Of a stretch of DNA of 64,000 bases, positions 1-9,003 are shown in pieces (the stretch's first letter is position 1; every line of letters begins with the position of its first letter). A program made the position numbers and the translations under genes. The stretch lies in the IMG/VR virus record IMGVR_UViG_3300037297_000386. The stretch is one strand, 5' to 3'. Origin of the DNA: a virus. Its lineage: Duplodnaviria > Caudoviricetes. The notes below the pieces were generated by a model. It saw only the letters and a program-made list of their open reading frames with translations. It was not told the DNA's origin and made no database searches.

Positions 1-119
1 ACAAACCATCTACTTATTGTTGTTTTGGTAACGCCGTAATGTTTTGCTATACCACTAAGACTTAGTGTCTTGTATAAATCCACCAATTCTTGCCTACTTA
101 CATTGTACCTGTGTTTCAT
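1..119 (-). CDS. Partial (runs off left edge) HTH-containing protein, possibly N-terminus of a homing endonuclease
   Basis: Manual translation from ATG at 119: MKHRYNVSRQELVDLYKTLSLSGIAKHYGVTKTTISRWF; 'IAKHYGVTKTTISRW' is an HTH pattern; not in ORF track because truncated. Confidence 0.55.
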   Translation of the reverse strand, partial: MKHRYNVSRQELVDLYKTLSLSGIAKHYGVTKTTISRWF

Positions 120-128
120 TTTAAACCC

Positions 129-154
129 TAGGGGCTAGGAAAACCCAGCCCCTA
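129..154 (-). terminator. GC-rich stem-loop downstream of gene 175-840 (terminator or translational hairpin)
   Basis: Minus-strand RNA UAGGGGCUGGG-UUUU-CCUAGCCCCUA (11 bp with one G-U); only a weak U tract follows. Confidence 0.45.
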
Positions 155-174
155 TGATCATTGTCAGCTAAATA

Positions 175-840
175 TTATGCGTTGTGATGTGCGCCAAAAT
201 ACTGAATCTTAATACGATCAAAAGTTTCGCTAGCACCAACAAGTCTTGCAGGCGTATTTACCATAGAGCCATTATTGGTTAGCTCAACAAATGCAGCGAT
301 CTTGTCACTAGTACCGGTTGCTCGACACAACTTACCAGTTAGCGTCTCACGATACAATACCGTACCTGGTAGAGGTGTGTCATATAGATTACCAGATGTA
401 GTAGGAACAACGTCACTTGAAACTGCGTCTAGTGACACAGCATAAAGCCCACCTTTATCCCATAGCGTAACCTTGCCAGAACCAGTAGTAGTGTGTGGGC
501 CAAGATTAGTACTAGTAGTGGACAGACCAACGGGTCCACCAACTACTGATCCAAACGTAACGCCATAATGAGTCGTTCCTTCGTCAGATAGATAGAAAAC
601 ATCGTAAGTTTCGCTTGCTTCATCAGCAATGCGAGCAACTACGCGAGTTGTTGCTTCAGTAACTTCATCTGCAATATATCCATCAAGTACGTCATAAGCT
701 GCTTTCTCAGTTGAAGTAATAGTTCTAGATGCTTCGTCAAGTACCATGACTTCTCCACCAAGTACACTAGATTGATCAGTGTCCAAAAGATCGAAATCAC
801 CTAATGGATGAAGTCCAGGTTGTAGTAAAAATAATGCCAT
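175..840 (-). CDS. Putative capsid decoration/cement-like structural protein (paralog of 7873-8583)
   Basis: GGAGG RBS; shares TxGSG(K/R)(V/I)T(L/V)W..G.(Y/F) motif with 7873-8583; beta-rich composition; head-gene context. Function inferred. Confidence 0.5.
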   Translation of the reverse strand: MALFLLQPGLHPLGDFDLLDTDQSSVLGGEVMVLDEASRTITSTEKAAYDVLDGYIADEVTEATTRVVARIADEASETYDVFYLSDEGTTHYGVTFGSVVGGPVGLSTTSTNLGPHTTTGSGKVTLWDKGGLYAVSLDAVSSDVVPTTSGNLYDTPLPGTVLYRETLTGKLCRATGTSDKIAAFVELTNNGSMVNTPARLVGASETFDRIKIQYFGAHHNA

Positions 841-933
841 TTTTTAATGACCTCCCAACTTATTTTTTTGGGAAAATTCTCTTAGAAAAACAAAAGTTGG
901 TCATCAGAGAATAACCACTTATATTAATACAAA

Positions 934-950
934 AATATTAGTAGATTTTT
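934..950 (-). promoter_or_regulatory. Putative phage late-promoter motif (AAAAATCTACTAATATT)
   Basis: 16/17 identical to 16357-16373; core TCTAYYAATATT also at 47223 and 52266; upstream of gene 175-840. Confidence 0.5.
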
Positions 951-2505
951 AATATTTTTGTATTCTTTGGTAAGCTTGTATTAAATTATTATAATCTATT
1001 ACATGTCCTATTTCTGGCACCACGAAAATACCAGAAAATCTATCTGTTCCTGCTTTCCTATTAAATTCATTTTCTAAATCTCGTAATCTTTCAGCTGTAT
1101 CTCTGTCTAATTTTCCACTAGGATGCAGTCCTAAAAACTCTTGTATTTTCAATATGTTAGTGTCGGTAATGCCTGCTTTTCCAGTTTCTTCAACCGACAC
1201 TCCAATTTGCGAACTTAATTTTCCAATTTGTCCTGATATATCTTTAACAAACTCGACTAAGTTATTTCCTAGAGCAAGTGCCACTGATTTATCAGTGGCA
1301 GAATTAACCACTAAGTCCCATTTCTCAAGATTATTGGTAATTTTGCTAATTTCCGTGGATATGCCAGATATGTATGATCTGATTGACTCAGGAGCATTAT
1401 CTTCTCCTAGGCCACTATTAACATTATTAGCAAGATGTGTAATTTTAGAAATAGAATTTTGTACATCCTGTGTTATTGATTGTCCTATTCCTTTCGAACC
1501 AACACTAGATAATGATGATTGAATAGAAGTTCCAGCCGATTCTACTCGTTTTGGGTCGTTATTCCCAAACCAATTGTATACTTTAATTGCGCCATAACCA
1601 GCTCCAAGGGTAGCTAGTCCAAGACCCAAGCGTTTTACTGTTTCTTTTGGAGTAATCCCAATTAATTTTCTTTTTAAAGATATTCTAGGATCCATTCGTT
1701 TTATCATATCGCCAACAAAACCAGGAGACATCTTCATCTTTGCCCACCTAGATGCATTGCTTGGATTGGCCATAAATAACTTAAAAGTTTCAGAATTACT
1801 TGGATCTGATGCTAAACTAATAGCTTCCTGGATAAATTTTCTATCATTAACGCCAGACCTGTTTAAACTATATACCTCATTAACATCGTCGATTAAATTT
1901 CTAAGTTCTGGTACATTTCTCTCAAGTCCACTACCAAAAAACCCACCAGCTTCTTTACGTTCCACATCTAGAAGATTTTTTAAATTTTGTAACCCATTTG
2001 GTTCACGCATAACATCCTTAGCTCGGTTTATATAATGCAGTTGAGCTTCTGCTTGTTGCACTCTTGACAATGGGTCACGTATCGTATTACGAACATAATT
2101 TTTTATAGCTTCTGGCCCACTACTTTTTATAGACTCTGGAACTATAATAACTCCTAAATTATCACCTACAGCACGCTGTATAAATTCATCTGGGCTATTT
2201 TCTAGTAGATCTCCTACTCTTTTAATGGGCCCTCCCGATTGTATCACTGAATTAGCTTGCGCTTCTGCACCAGATAAACTTTGATGTATTTTGTTTGTTG
2301 TTTCACGCACTCTTCTGGCAAAATCGCCAGCAAAATCTTTATGTAATGTGCTTTCTATCAATTCTCTTCCAGATTTTTCGACACCTTTTATACTTTGTTC
2401 TACAGCCTCGTCAGCTCCTTTCCATAAATGCCTTAACCCAGAAAATACATTATCACTGCTAGATGCAACAGCTTTTGCAGCCTGTTCGGCTGTTTCACGT
2501 CCCAA
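949..2505 (-). CDS. Hypothetical virion-associated protein with a hydrophobic segment and C-terminal peptidoglycan-binding-like motif
   Basis: LGLGLATLGAGYGAIKVY hydrophobic stretch; C-terminal ILKIQEFLGLHPSGKLDRDT resembles PG_binding_1. Confidence 0.45.
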   Translation of the reverse strand: MGRETAEQAAKAVASSSDNVFSGLRHLWKGADEAVEQSIKGVEKSGRELIESTLHKDFAGDFARRVRETTNKIHQSLSGAEAQANSVIQSGGPIKRVGDLLENSPDEFIQRAVGDNLGVIIVPESIKSSGPEAIKNYVRNTIRDPLSRVQQAEAQLHYINRAKDVMREPNGLQNLKNLLDVERKEAGGFFGSGLERNVPELRNLIDDVNEVYSLNRSGVNDRKFIQEAISLASDPSNSETFKLFMANPSNASRWAKMKMSPGFVGDMIKRMDPRISLKRKLIGITPKETVKRLGLGLATLGAGYGAIKVYNWFGNNDPKRVESAGTSIQSSLSSVGSKGIGQSITQDVQNSISKITHLANNVNSGLGEDNAPESIRSYISGISTEISKITNNLEKWDLVVNSATDKSVALALGNNLVEFVKDISGQIGKLSSQIGVSVEETGKAGITDTNILKIQEFLGLHPSGKLDRDTAERLRDLENEFNRKAGTDRFSGIFVVPEIGHVIDYNNLIQAYQRIQKY

Positions 2506-2597
2506 TTTACCGCTAATCTTAGATACGAGGGTAATTACACCTTTCCCTAGTGCACTTAAAATTCCTGCTTGTTTATATAGCGGGCTTACCCTGGAAC

Positions 2598-3041
2598 TTA
2601 TTTGCCTGGTGCCTTCTCGAAAGGGAGATCATCAATCTTTTCAAACAATACTATTGCCTTATCATAAACTACGTCAGAAAGGTTAGATTCTCCTATATCG
2701 TCCAATCTATCAGCCACTTTAACAAGTTCATTAATAGCGTGTGCGTATCTACCAACAAGAGAGCCGGTGGGCATCTTATTAAGCATTTCAATCAATTTAT
2801 TCTGTTGTTCAATTTGATTTTCTACAAGCCCGCCATCTCCACGTGCCTCAGCTACATATACTGATTCTGGATGTGCTTGTTCTATAATATTTTTTTCTGG
2901 AGATTTCTGTCTTTTTTCTTCAATAACCCTTTTGTCTTCTTGATGTGGGTTAGGTGAAGGTGTAGCAGTCTTCTTGATTCCAAACAAATCCTTCTCTTCA
3001 GCAATTTTCAAAAACTCTTCCAATACTATGGAATTATTCAT
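2598..3041 (-). CDS. Hypothetical head-region protein with AHP..LVE..EQQ motif and helical LADxLD module
   Basis: AGGAG RBS; motifs AHPESVYV..GLVENQIEQQ and LVKVADRLDDIGESNLSDVV shared with neighbours. Confidence 0.6.
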   Translation of the reverse strand: MNNSIVLEEFLKIAEEKDLFGIKKTATPSPNPHQEDKRVIEEKRQKSPEKNIIEQAHPESVYVAEARGDGGLVENQIEQQNKLIEMLNKMPTGSLVGRYAHAINELVKVADRLDDIGESNLSDVVYDKAIVLFEKIDDLPFEKAPGK

Positions 3042-3319
3042 TATACTCTCCTATTGTCGAACCTTTCTGCTTTATATTGTTTATGATTGGTGTATTGGCC
3101 ATTTGCAACTTTTATCATATGTCCCGGATCTAAATTGTTTTCTCTGCAATATTTGGACAAGTTTTTAATTATCTCAACTTTTCCACTTGGTTTTGTAATT
3201 TTCCAATGTTTCGCGTTAAATTTATGGCCAACTCACAATTTTTTACTTAAAGACTGTATAGTTTGCCCTATATATTTTTTATTATAAATTTCATTCCTGA
3301 CTACATATATTATTCCCAT
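3041..3319 (-). pseudogene. Degenerate GIY-YIG homing endonuclease (internal deletion plus in-frame TGA)
   Basis: Manual translation: MGIIYVVRNEIYNKKYIGQTIQSLSKKL*VGHKFNAKHWKITKPSGKVEIIKNLSKYCRENNLDPGHMIKVANGQYTNHKQYKAERFDNRRV*; GIY..YIG start, NUMOD-like C-terminal half, TGA at 3233-3235, GGAG RBS. Confidence 0.75.
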
Positions 3320-3332
3320 ATATAGTCTCCAT

Positions 3333-3974
3333 CTACATTAATCTGGTAAATGGTTGCATTAATTGAGACGGATCAGCTACAAAACTCATAAGTCCTTCTA
3401 AATTTTCATCAGTAAAATCTTTGCTTTCTGGAATTTCATGATTGTTAGTATCTTCTAGATATAACTGACCAGGCAATTTGGTTGTCCCAGACGTTTGCGC
3501 ATAAATATCTCCAATTTTTGTAAGTCCAACAGCCAATAATAGGAATTTGACTGCTTTCCACAGAATTTGTATTAACTTTGGTATTGCTCCAATAAGTTTT
3601 AATAATCCACCAAACCATGCTAGTTTAATAATATCATTTTCTGTAGCACCTACTGATGGTTTCAAAAGATTTTTAAGAAATCCGCCGATACCCTCTAATA
3701 AATCATTTTCTTGTATCTGTAGATTTGTGTTTGGAGCCCATCCCATAGCGTTATCTATTGCTTTTCCTAAATCCGAAAGACCGTATCCGAAAAAAGTAGC
3801 AATTTTCTCTAATATAAACACACCCCATCCAAGACCTGGGACAAAAGGAATCAAATATGTTATGATACGGAAGAAATTTTCACAGAATCCTTCGTTTTGG
3901 CGCCATACAGATTTTATGGTTTCACCTAGATCAGATAACTCCCATGCCCGTTTTGAAATAGCATTACCAGTCAT
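3333..3974 (-). CDS. Hypothetical membrane-associated protein with N-terminal ISKRA motif
   Basis: MTGNAISKRA start; hydrophobic segments IITYLIPFVPGLGWGVFIL and WFGGLLKLIGAIPKLIQILWKAVKFLLLAVGL. Confidence 0.55.
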   Translation of the reverse strand: MTGNAISKRAWELSDLGETIKSVWRQNEGFCENFFRIITYLIPFVPGLGWGVFILEKIATFFGYGLSDLGKAIDNAMGWAPNTNLQIQENDLLEGIGGFLKNLLKPSVGATENDIIKLAWFGGLLKLIGAIPKLIQILWKAVKFLLLAVGLTKIGDIYAQTSGTTKLPGQLYLEDTNNHEIPESKDFTDENLEGLMSFVADPSQLMQPFTRLM

Positions 3975-5412
3975 GTAACATCCTATAGGTCAATAATTCT
4001 TCGTCTTGAATCGGCCTATCTTTATATCCGCGGGGTTTTTCCGGCATAACTTGTCTTTGTGAAACTGGTCTAACAGGACCGAGGCCAGCCATGCCGGTTT
4101 CTATACCTTGTTTACTTAAGTTTCTTGCTATAGGAGCAATCACACGATACACACTTCTAAGCAATTGAGGTCTGTCGCGCATCATTTTAATATTTTGTAA
4201 TGCGTCAAACCCGACTTTAGATCTCTCAGCAACTTCTTGTTGGATTCTCCAATCAGAAGATATGGCTCCTACTAGAGCATCAGCTGTGACAGGCCCATAT
4301 ATTCCATCTTCTCTAACGACACCAGCACCAGAATTTAATGCCGTGTTAATCTGATTCACGACCAATTGCAAACCACGAATAAAAGGATCACCTCTCGACC
4401 TACTTTTACTTGGTACAGTTCTTTGTTTTTCTGGACTTTGGGATCTATCTCTAGGAAGAACTTTTCTACCATCGCCAAGTGTCAAAGCTCTTTTAGATAT
4501 TGCTTTATGCACACTAGCCTTGGCTGTAATCATTTCTATACCATGTTCCATTAATAGCTTAAGGTCTTGCATAGGCTTTGTAACAGATATTATTTCTTGT
4601 TGGGTCAATGGTGCATAACCTTCTGACTTTCCTAAAAGACGTTGTACTACATTCCAAGAAGCTCGTTCAGCATCTGTATCAAACGTGGGAGGCTTACCAC
4701 CTGACATTTCTGTTAACCTTGTATATAATCGATCAACATCTTTAGCCAACTTTTGATAATCAATTTTTGTTCGACTTTGTAAATCCTTAATTGTTTCTTG
4801 GGCCGCCTGTTGCGCTCTTACTTTAGCTTGTTCAACTGATTGTCCCATGGTTTTAGTAGTAAGTTGTAATGCATGCTCAGCTTGTGCATCATCCCATCCC
4901 CAATCTGTCAAATTTTCTTTTACCACCGGCCATTCGACCAACATCTGTTTTAGATATTCATAAACTTGTTTTATAGACATATATTTTTGAATATTCTGTC
5001 GAGCCCGTTCTTGTATATTAGTGGTAGTAGGTGGCAATTCTAGTACAGATTTGTAAGAATTTAACTGTTGTATCCAAGACTGTACTTTTGGAGCAGCAAT
5101 ATTATTTGGATCCAAATCCTCTAGACGATCTATAAGATCAGATAAATTATTATCCATTTGTCTAGTCAGATACCATATTCCCATAGTGAGAGCTGCACCA
5201 CCTAAAATAGCCCAACCAATCGGACCAGCGGCTGCACCTATACCAGCCATTGCACCGGCTCCACTAGCTGTACCTGCAACTCCAGCAGCTCCAGCTGCAA
5301 CAGCTGCATCTATTGCAGCACCAATACCAAGTTCTGTTATAATGTCTCTCCAGGTCCATCCTTCTTTTATGAACCAATCAGATGGATCTGTTTCAGTTTT
5401 AAGTTTGTGCAT
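3964..5412 (-). CDS. Hypothetical protein: Gly/Ala-rich hydrophobic N-terminus, ISKRA motif, C-terminal peptidoglycan-binding-like domain
   Basis: IGAAIDAAVAAGAAGVAGTASGAGAMAGIGAAAGPIGWAILGGAALTMGIWYL; ISKRA at 4486-4500; GLQLVVN..EDGIYGPVTADAL. Confidence 0.55.
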   Translation of the reverse strand: MHKLKTETDPSDWFIKEGWTWRDIITELGIGAAIDAAVAAGAAGVAGTASGAGAMAGIGAAAGPIGWAILGGAALTMGIWYLTRQMDNNLSDLIDRLEDLDPNNIAAPKVQSWIQQLNSYKSVLELPPTTTNIQERARQNIQKYMSIKQVYEYLKQMLVEWPVVKENLTDWGWDDAQAEHALQLTTKTMGQSVEQAKVRAQQAAQETIKDLQSRTKIDYQKLAKDVDRLYTRLTEMSGGKPPTFDTDAERASWNVVQRLLGKSEGYAPLTQQEIISVTKPMQDLKLLMEHGIEMITAKASVHKAISKRALTLGDGRKVLPRDRSQSPEKQRTVPSKSRSRGDPFIRGLQLVVNQINTALNSGAGVVREDGIYGPVTADALVGAISSDWRIQQEVAERSKVGFDALQNIKMMRDRPQLLRSVYRVIAPIARNLSKQGIETGMAGLGPVRPVSQRQVMPEKPRGYKDRPIQDEELLTYRMLHDW

Positions 5413-5422
5413 ATCTAGCCCA

Positions 5423-7072
5423 TTAAAATTGGTTTAAAATAATTCTTAAAGCATTACTATAACCATCTGGATTTGATAAATCGTGATATCTTTCTGATTG
5501 TTCTACCAATTTACGTATACGATTTTGTACACCTGGTTCATCTGCCCATCTAGAGTCCATTCTTACTAAATGACTATAAACTTGATCTTGTAATTTAAGT
5601 CTTGTGCGCTCGTCGGCAGCTACTCTTTCAGTAACTCCTGGCTTCCTAATCTCTTTAGGAGACTTAATGGCCATTTTGATGTCATAAGCTTCCTTTAATT
5701 TGGCACCACTACCATAATTTTCTTTAATATATGATAAGGCTCTTTGTATTCCTCTTCGCATTGGACGCGTAACACCATCTTCAATTCTATTTATAGGAAT
5801 GCGATGTTCACTTTTTACAAAATTTTCATCCCCAAGAATCCCCTTCATCATCTTCATATACCAATCAGCAAATTTCTTGGCAGTTGGCCAATCTGTTAAG
5901 ACCCTTTGTTTCCACGACATTGTTTTTATATCGCCAACACCTGCTTTACCCTTTTCATCAATAGGAGTCTTCATGTCATAAACCCCGGGAGCTTTAGATT
6001 CTACCTGTTGTTTTAAAGCCACATACTGGTTCATATATGGATACACAGCTGAAAGTGCTTCGTTAAATGTACTGCGTAGTTCGGGTTGTGAATTTACAAG
6101 TCTTTCAATATTATGTCGAGCTTCCTGAAAACTTCTGTTTTTTTGGTTTTGAATTATTGAACGTTGGCCACCAGCCGTAGCACCACCAGGAAGCCTGGAT
6201 ACCATAGTGTCAACCATAGTATCAACCATCTGTTTTTCAACATCTCTTAAAGCATTTTGTTGTGTCGTAGTAACTGCAACTTTTAATATTTCATCAATTC
6301 TATTAGCTGCCTCTGAATGTCCTATATTATCCAATTTATCGGCCAACATATTAAGAGTATAAAACACATAATCTTCCCTAGTGGCAATTTTGTTAATCGC
6401 CTTACGCAATTCTCCAAGATGTTTTCCATACCCCATCTTGTTAAGTTTCAGGTATAAATTAACCAAAGCCGCATATGTGCCTTTTGGAACACTTCTAGCT
6501 ACCCCAACATCGGCATCTTGCTGTTCGACAATTGTCTCGACCAAATTTTCATCAGTCTTACTGTGTGTTAATTCAGTTTTTGTGCCACCGCCAGGATGGG
6601 CCTTTTCTACAAGTTGTTCTCCAGTCTCACCAGATACATTATATATACTTTGTTCAGCGACTTTCTTACTGTCATTTTTATTGGTAGCTTGCTTATCTGA
6701 TTGAATAGATTGTGGAAAATGTTTTTTTAATAGTTGAAGAACCATTGGCTGCCAGCCAAACTCTTTAAATAATATTTGCCCAAGTTTAACCGGATCAGTT
6801 TTAGGAGGTATTTTCCATTGTTTTAAACTATTAAACAAACCAACTAATATTCTTTCTTTTCCCAAATCATTCAAAAAAGCGTCAAAAGCTTTTTTAGCTT
6901 CTGGAATAGCAATTGTAGTTCCCTTCTCAAAAGTTACCACCCCAGGTTCAGTACTCTCAGATTGTTCTACTACTTCAGTGGCTTCCTGAGCTTGTTTGAC
7001 TAGACCATTATTAACAGCAATACGGGCATATTCATTTAGAACTGTGCTTTGATCAAAACCGATATGTTTCAT
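5423..7072 (-). CDS. Hypothetical head-region protein with AHPGG-TELTH motif and helical LADxLD module
   Basis: GGAG RBS; AHPGGGTKTELTHSKTDENLVETIVEQQD also in the protease ORF; LADKLDNIGHSEAANRIDEIL. Confidence 0.6.
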   Translation of the reverse strand: MKHIGFDQSTVLNEYARIAVNNGLVKQAQEATEVVEQSESTEPGVVTFEKGTTIAIPEAKKAFDAFLNDLGKERILVGLFNSLKQWKIPPKTDPVKLGQILFKEFGWQPMVLQLLKKHFPQSIQSDKQATNKNDSKKVAEQSIYNVSGETGEQLVEKAHPGGGTKTELTHSKTDENLVETIVEQQDADVGVARSVPKGTYAALVNLYLKLNKMGYGKHLGELRKAINKIATREDYVFYTLNMLADKLDNIGHSEAANRIDEILKVAVTTTQQNALRDVEKQMVDTMVDTMVSRLPGGATAGGQRSIIQNQKNRSFQEARHNIERLVNSQPELRSTFNEALSAVYPYMNQYVALKQQVESKAPGVYDMKTPIDEKGKAGVGDIKTMSWKQRVLTDWPTAKKFADWYMKMMKGILGDENFVKSEHRIPINRIEDGVTRPMRRGIQRALSYIKENYGSGAKLKEAYDIKMAIKSPKEIRKPGVTERVAADERTRLKLQDQVYSHLVRMDSRWADEPGVQNRIRKLVEQSERYHDLSNPDGYSNALRIILNQF

Positions 7073-7117
7073 TATTATCTCCAGAATATATATAAAATTT
7101 TAAAAATTATTTCCACT

Positions 7118-7792
7118 TTAGCCGGCAGATATATTATTAAGCTCATTTATCATTTTCTTAATATCTTCATTGCTCAAAGAAGAAGCTATATGTTTTATAT
7201 TTCTTATAGTACGTTCAATCTTATAGGCAGTCTTATGATTACCCATTGTGCCATGTTTATAAGCCATATCTTCGAGAGCTGAATATATCGTAACTAACCC
7301 AGATTCTGGTGTAGCCAAGCCTTCTTCTACAGCTTCCTCGGCCCCGCTAGTTACTTCCGAAGTCTGAGCATCATCTTCATTTTCATCATTATCTTCTCTA
7401 TCACTATCTTTTTCATCTTCATCTTCTCTATCACTATCTTTTTCATCCTTGTCTTTGTCTTTTTTCAAGGGGCATTCTGGATTAGGGCCACTACCAGGAG
7501 GCCCACCACGTCCCATACCAACCGGATCATTACCATCGAATAAGATTTCCATTAAACTATTCTTACTAGATAATCTTTCAAAATCTCCACGCAGACATAT
7601 TGATTTAAGATTATTGTATAAATCATTTAGCACAACTAATAAAGTTTCATCGCTAGCTTGTCGAATTATTGGGTCTATCCATTTTCTTAAATCACCACTA
7701 GTAGCAAGACCCATAGATACAATTCTATCTTTTTCATTGCGAATCATATCGCAAGCAAGTTTTAGTGTGTATTCGTCATTAAGAGTAAACAT
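7118..7792 (-). CDS. Hypothetical acidic protein
   Basis: GGAG RBS; 224 aa; central D/E/K low-complexity tract. Confidence 0.6.
   Translation of the reverse strand: MFTLNDEYTLKLACDMIRNEKDRIVSMGLATSGDLRKWIDPIIRQASDETLLVVLNDLYNNLKSICLRGDFERLSSKNSLMEILFDGNDPVGMGRGGPPGSGPNPECPLKKDKDKDEKDSDREDEDEKDSDREDNDENEDDAQTSEVTSGAEEAVEEGLATPESGLVTIYSALEDMAYKHGTMGNHKTAYKIERTIRNIKHIASSLSNEDIKKMINELNNISAG
7391..7447. repeat. Tandem 27-nt direct repeat (period 30 nt) encoding DEKDSDRED x2
   Basis: atcttctctatcactatctttttcatc at 7391-7417 and 7421-7447. Confidence 0.85.
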
Positions 7793-7872
7793 TATTGCTC
7801 CTTAGAACTTTTTCTTAAATTTTAGATTGTTTGAATAGCGCACAATTTATCCTAGACACAACGAAACCATAT

Positions 7873-8583
7873 TTAAAACCAAATTAATTCTAATGTAGTA
7901 TTAATTCCGCTTGGTGGACCAGTTACCATAGCAATCCCAGGATGACTTGGTGTTGGCTGCTCGGTAGTAAAAAGTCCATCTCCATTACAAAATAACGTAG
8001 CATTTACTACATATCTTTTCTTTGCATCATATTGATCTGTCTCAAATATTCCACGACCAAACCAAACTGTAATTCTACCACTACCAATCGTAGTATTGTC
8101 ACCCGGAATATTAGCTATACGATATATGTAACTAACTATTGTACGAATGGAATCTGGTACGCCGTCTCCATCGGCATCCCAATTTAATGGCGTACCTGCT
8201 GGAGCAATTAGGATTCCATTATTATCATTCAAAATTAAACCTTCAATGTCGCAGGTAAAACTACTTCTAACAATGCTAGGTTTTCTGAGATCTTTCATGA
8301 CATCAATCACTGATACATATCTACCATAACCATCATGTGTTCCAACCGCTGGTATTACTACAACCTCATCTATCATAGGACGAGTAAAAGCAGATGTATT
8401 AATATCATCGATAATTCCAATAGGTGCTGTTCCATCTGAAACACCACAAACTATTTCATTGCCAATGACATTCAACTGAGCAACTTGCCCAGGTTGAAAC
8501 TCAGAAGAAGGATTTACTGGAAAACTTAATGGCAAAGTGTTGCCAATCTGTATTAACCTAAGTATGACACACCTCCTGGACAC
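7873..8583 (-). CDS. Putative capsid decoration/cement-like structural protein (paralog of 175-840)
   Basis: DNTTIGSGRITVWFGRGIF matches PHTTTGSGKVTLWDKGGLY of 175-840; RBS position suggests true start near 8565. Confidence 0.5.
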   Translation of the reverse strand: MSRRCVILRLIQIGNTLPLSFPVNPSSEFQPGQVAQLNVIGNEIVCGVSDGTAPIGIIDDINTSAFTRPMIDEVVVIPAVGTHDGYGRYVSVIDVMKDLRKPSIVRSSFTCDIEGLILNDNNGILIAPAGTPLNWDADGDGVPDSIRTIVSYIYRIANIPGDNTTIGSGRITVWFGRGIFETDQYDAKKRYVVNATLFCNGDGLFTTEQPTPSHPGIAMVTGPPSGINTTLELIWF

Positions 8584-8659
8584 GCCAGAGTTGTTATTTT
8601 ATTTTCCCTAAAAAACAACTTATGTTACATTCACTATTTTAATTAAAAAATATCTATTA

Positions 8660-8986
8660 TTACTCTTCGGACGACTTGTCTGATTGAAAGCTATCAACAA
8701 TAGTCTTTAATGCATCATCAACTAAATTAGATGCTTCTTCAGCGCCCATGTCATCAAGTTCACCAGCCAGTTTCACCAAATCATTAACCACACTTATTAA
8801 GCTGGCTTTTTTATCATTTTTTTCTTTTTCCTTATCCTTTGCCTCATCTTTCTTTTCTTCCTCGTCTTTTTCATCTTTATCATTTTCATCTTTATCATTT
8901 TCATCTTTTTTAGCTGCATTCTTAACCATATCAGTATTTAATAAGGATGCAAGTTCTAAAATCATTTCGTCTCCAGCTCGTGTCAT
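8660..8986 (-). CDS. Small acidic K/D/E-rich protein ending in helical LAxELD module
   Basis: GGAG RBS; DENDK repeats; LVKLAGELDDMGAEEASNLVDDAL. Confidence 0.6.
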   Translation of the reverse strand: MTRAGDEMILELASLLNTDMVKNAAKKDENDKDENDKDEKDEEEKKDEAKDKEKEKNDKKASLISVVNDLVKLAGELDDMGAEEASNLVDDALKTIVDSFQSDKSSEE

Positions 8987-9003
8987 TTTATATCTCCTTG
9001 TTT

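Noticed and set aside
3233-3235. In-frame TGA as evidence of stop-codon recoding
   Set aside because: Long genes read through in the standard code and several end in TGA (ATGA overlaps); the GIY-YIG domain is deleted anyway, so pseudogenisation is simpler.
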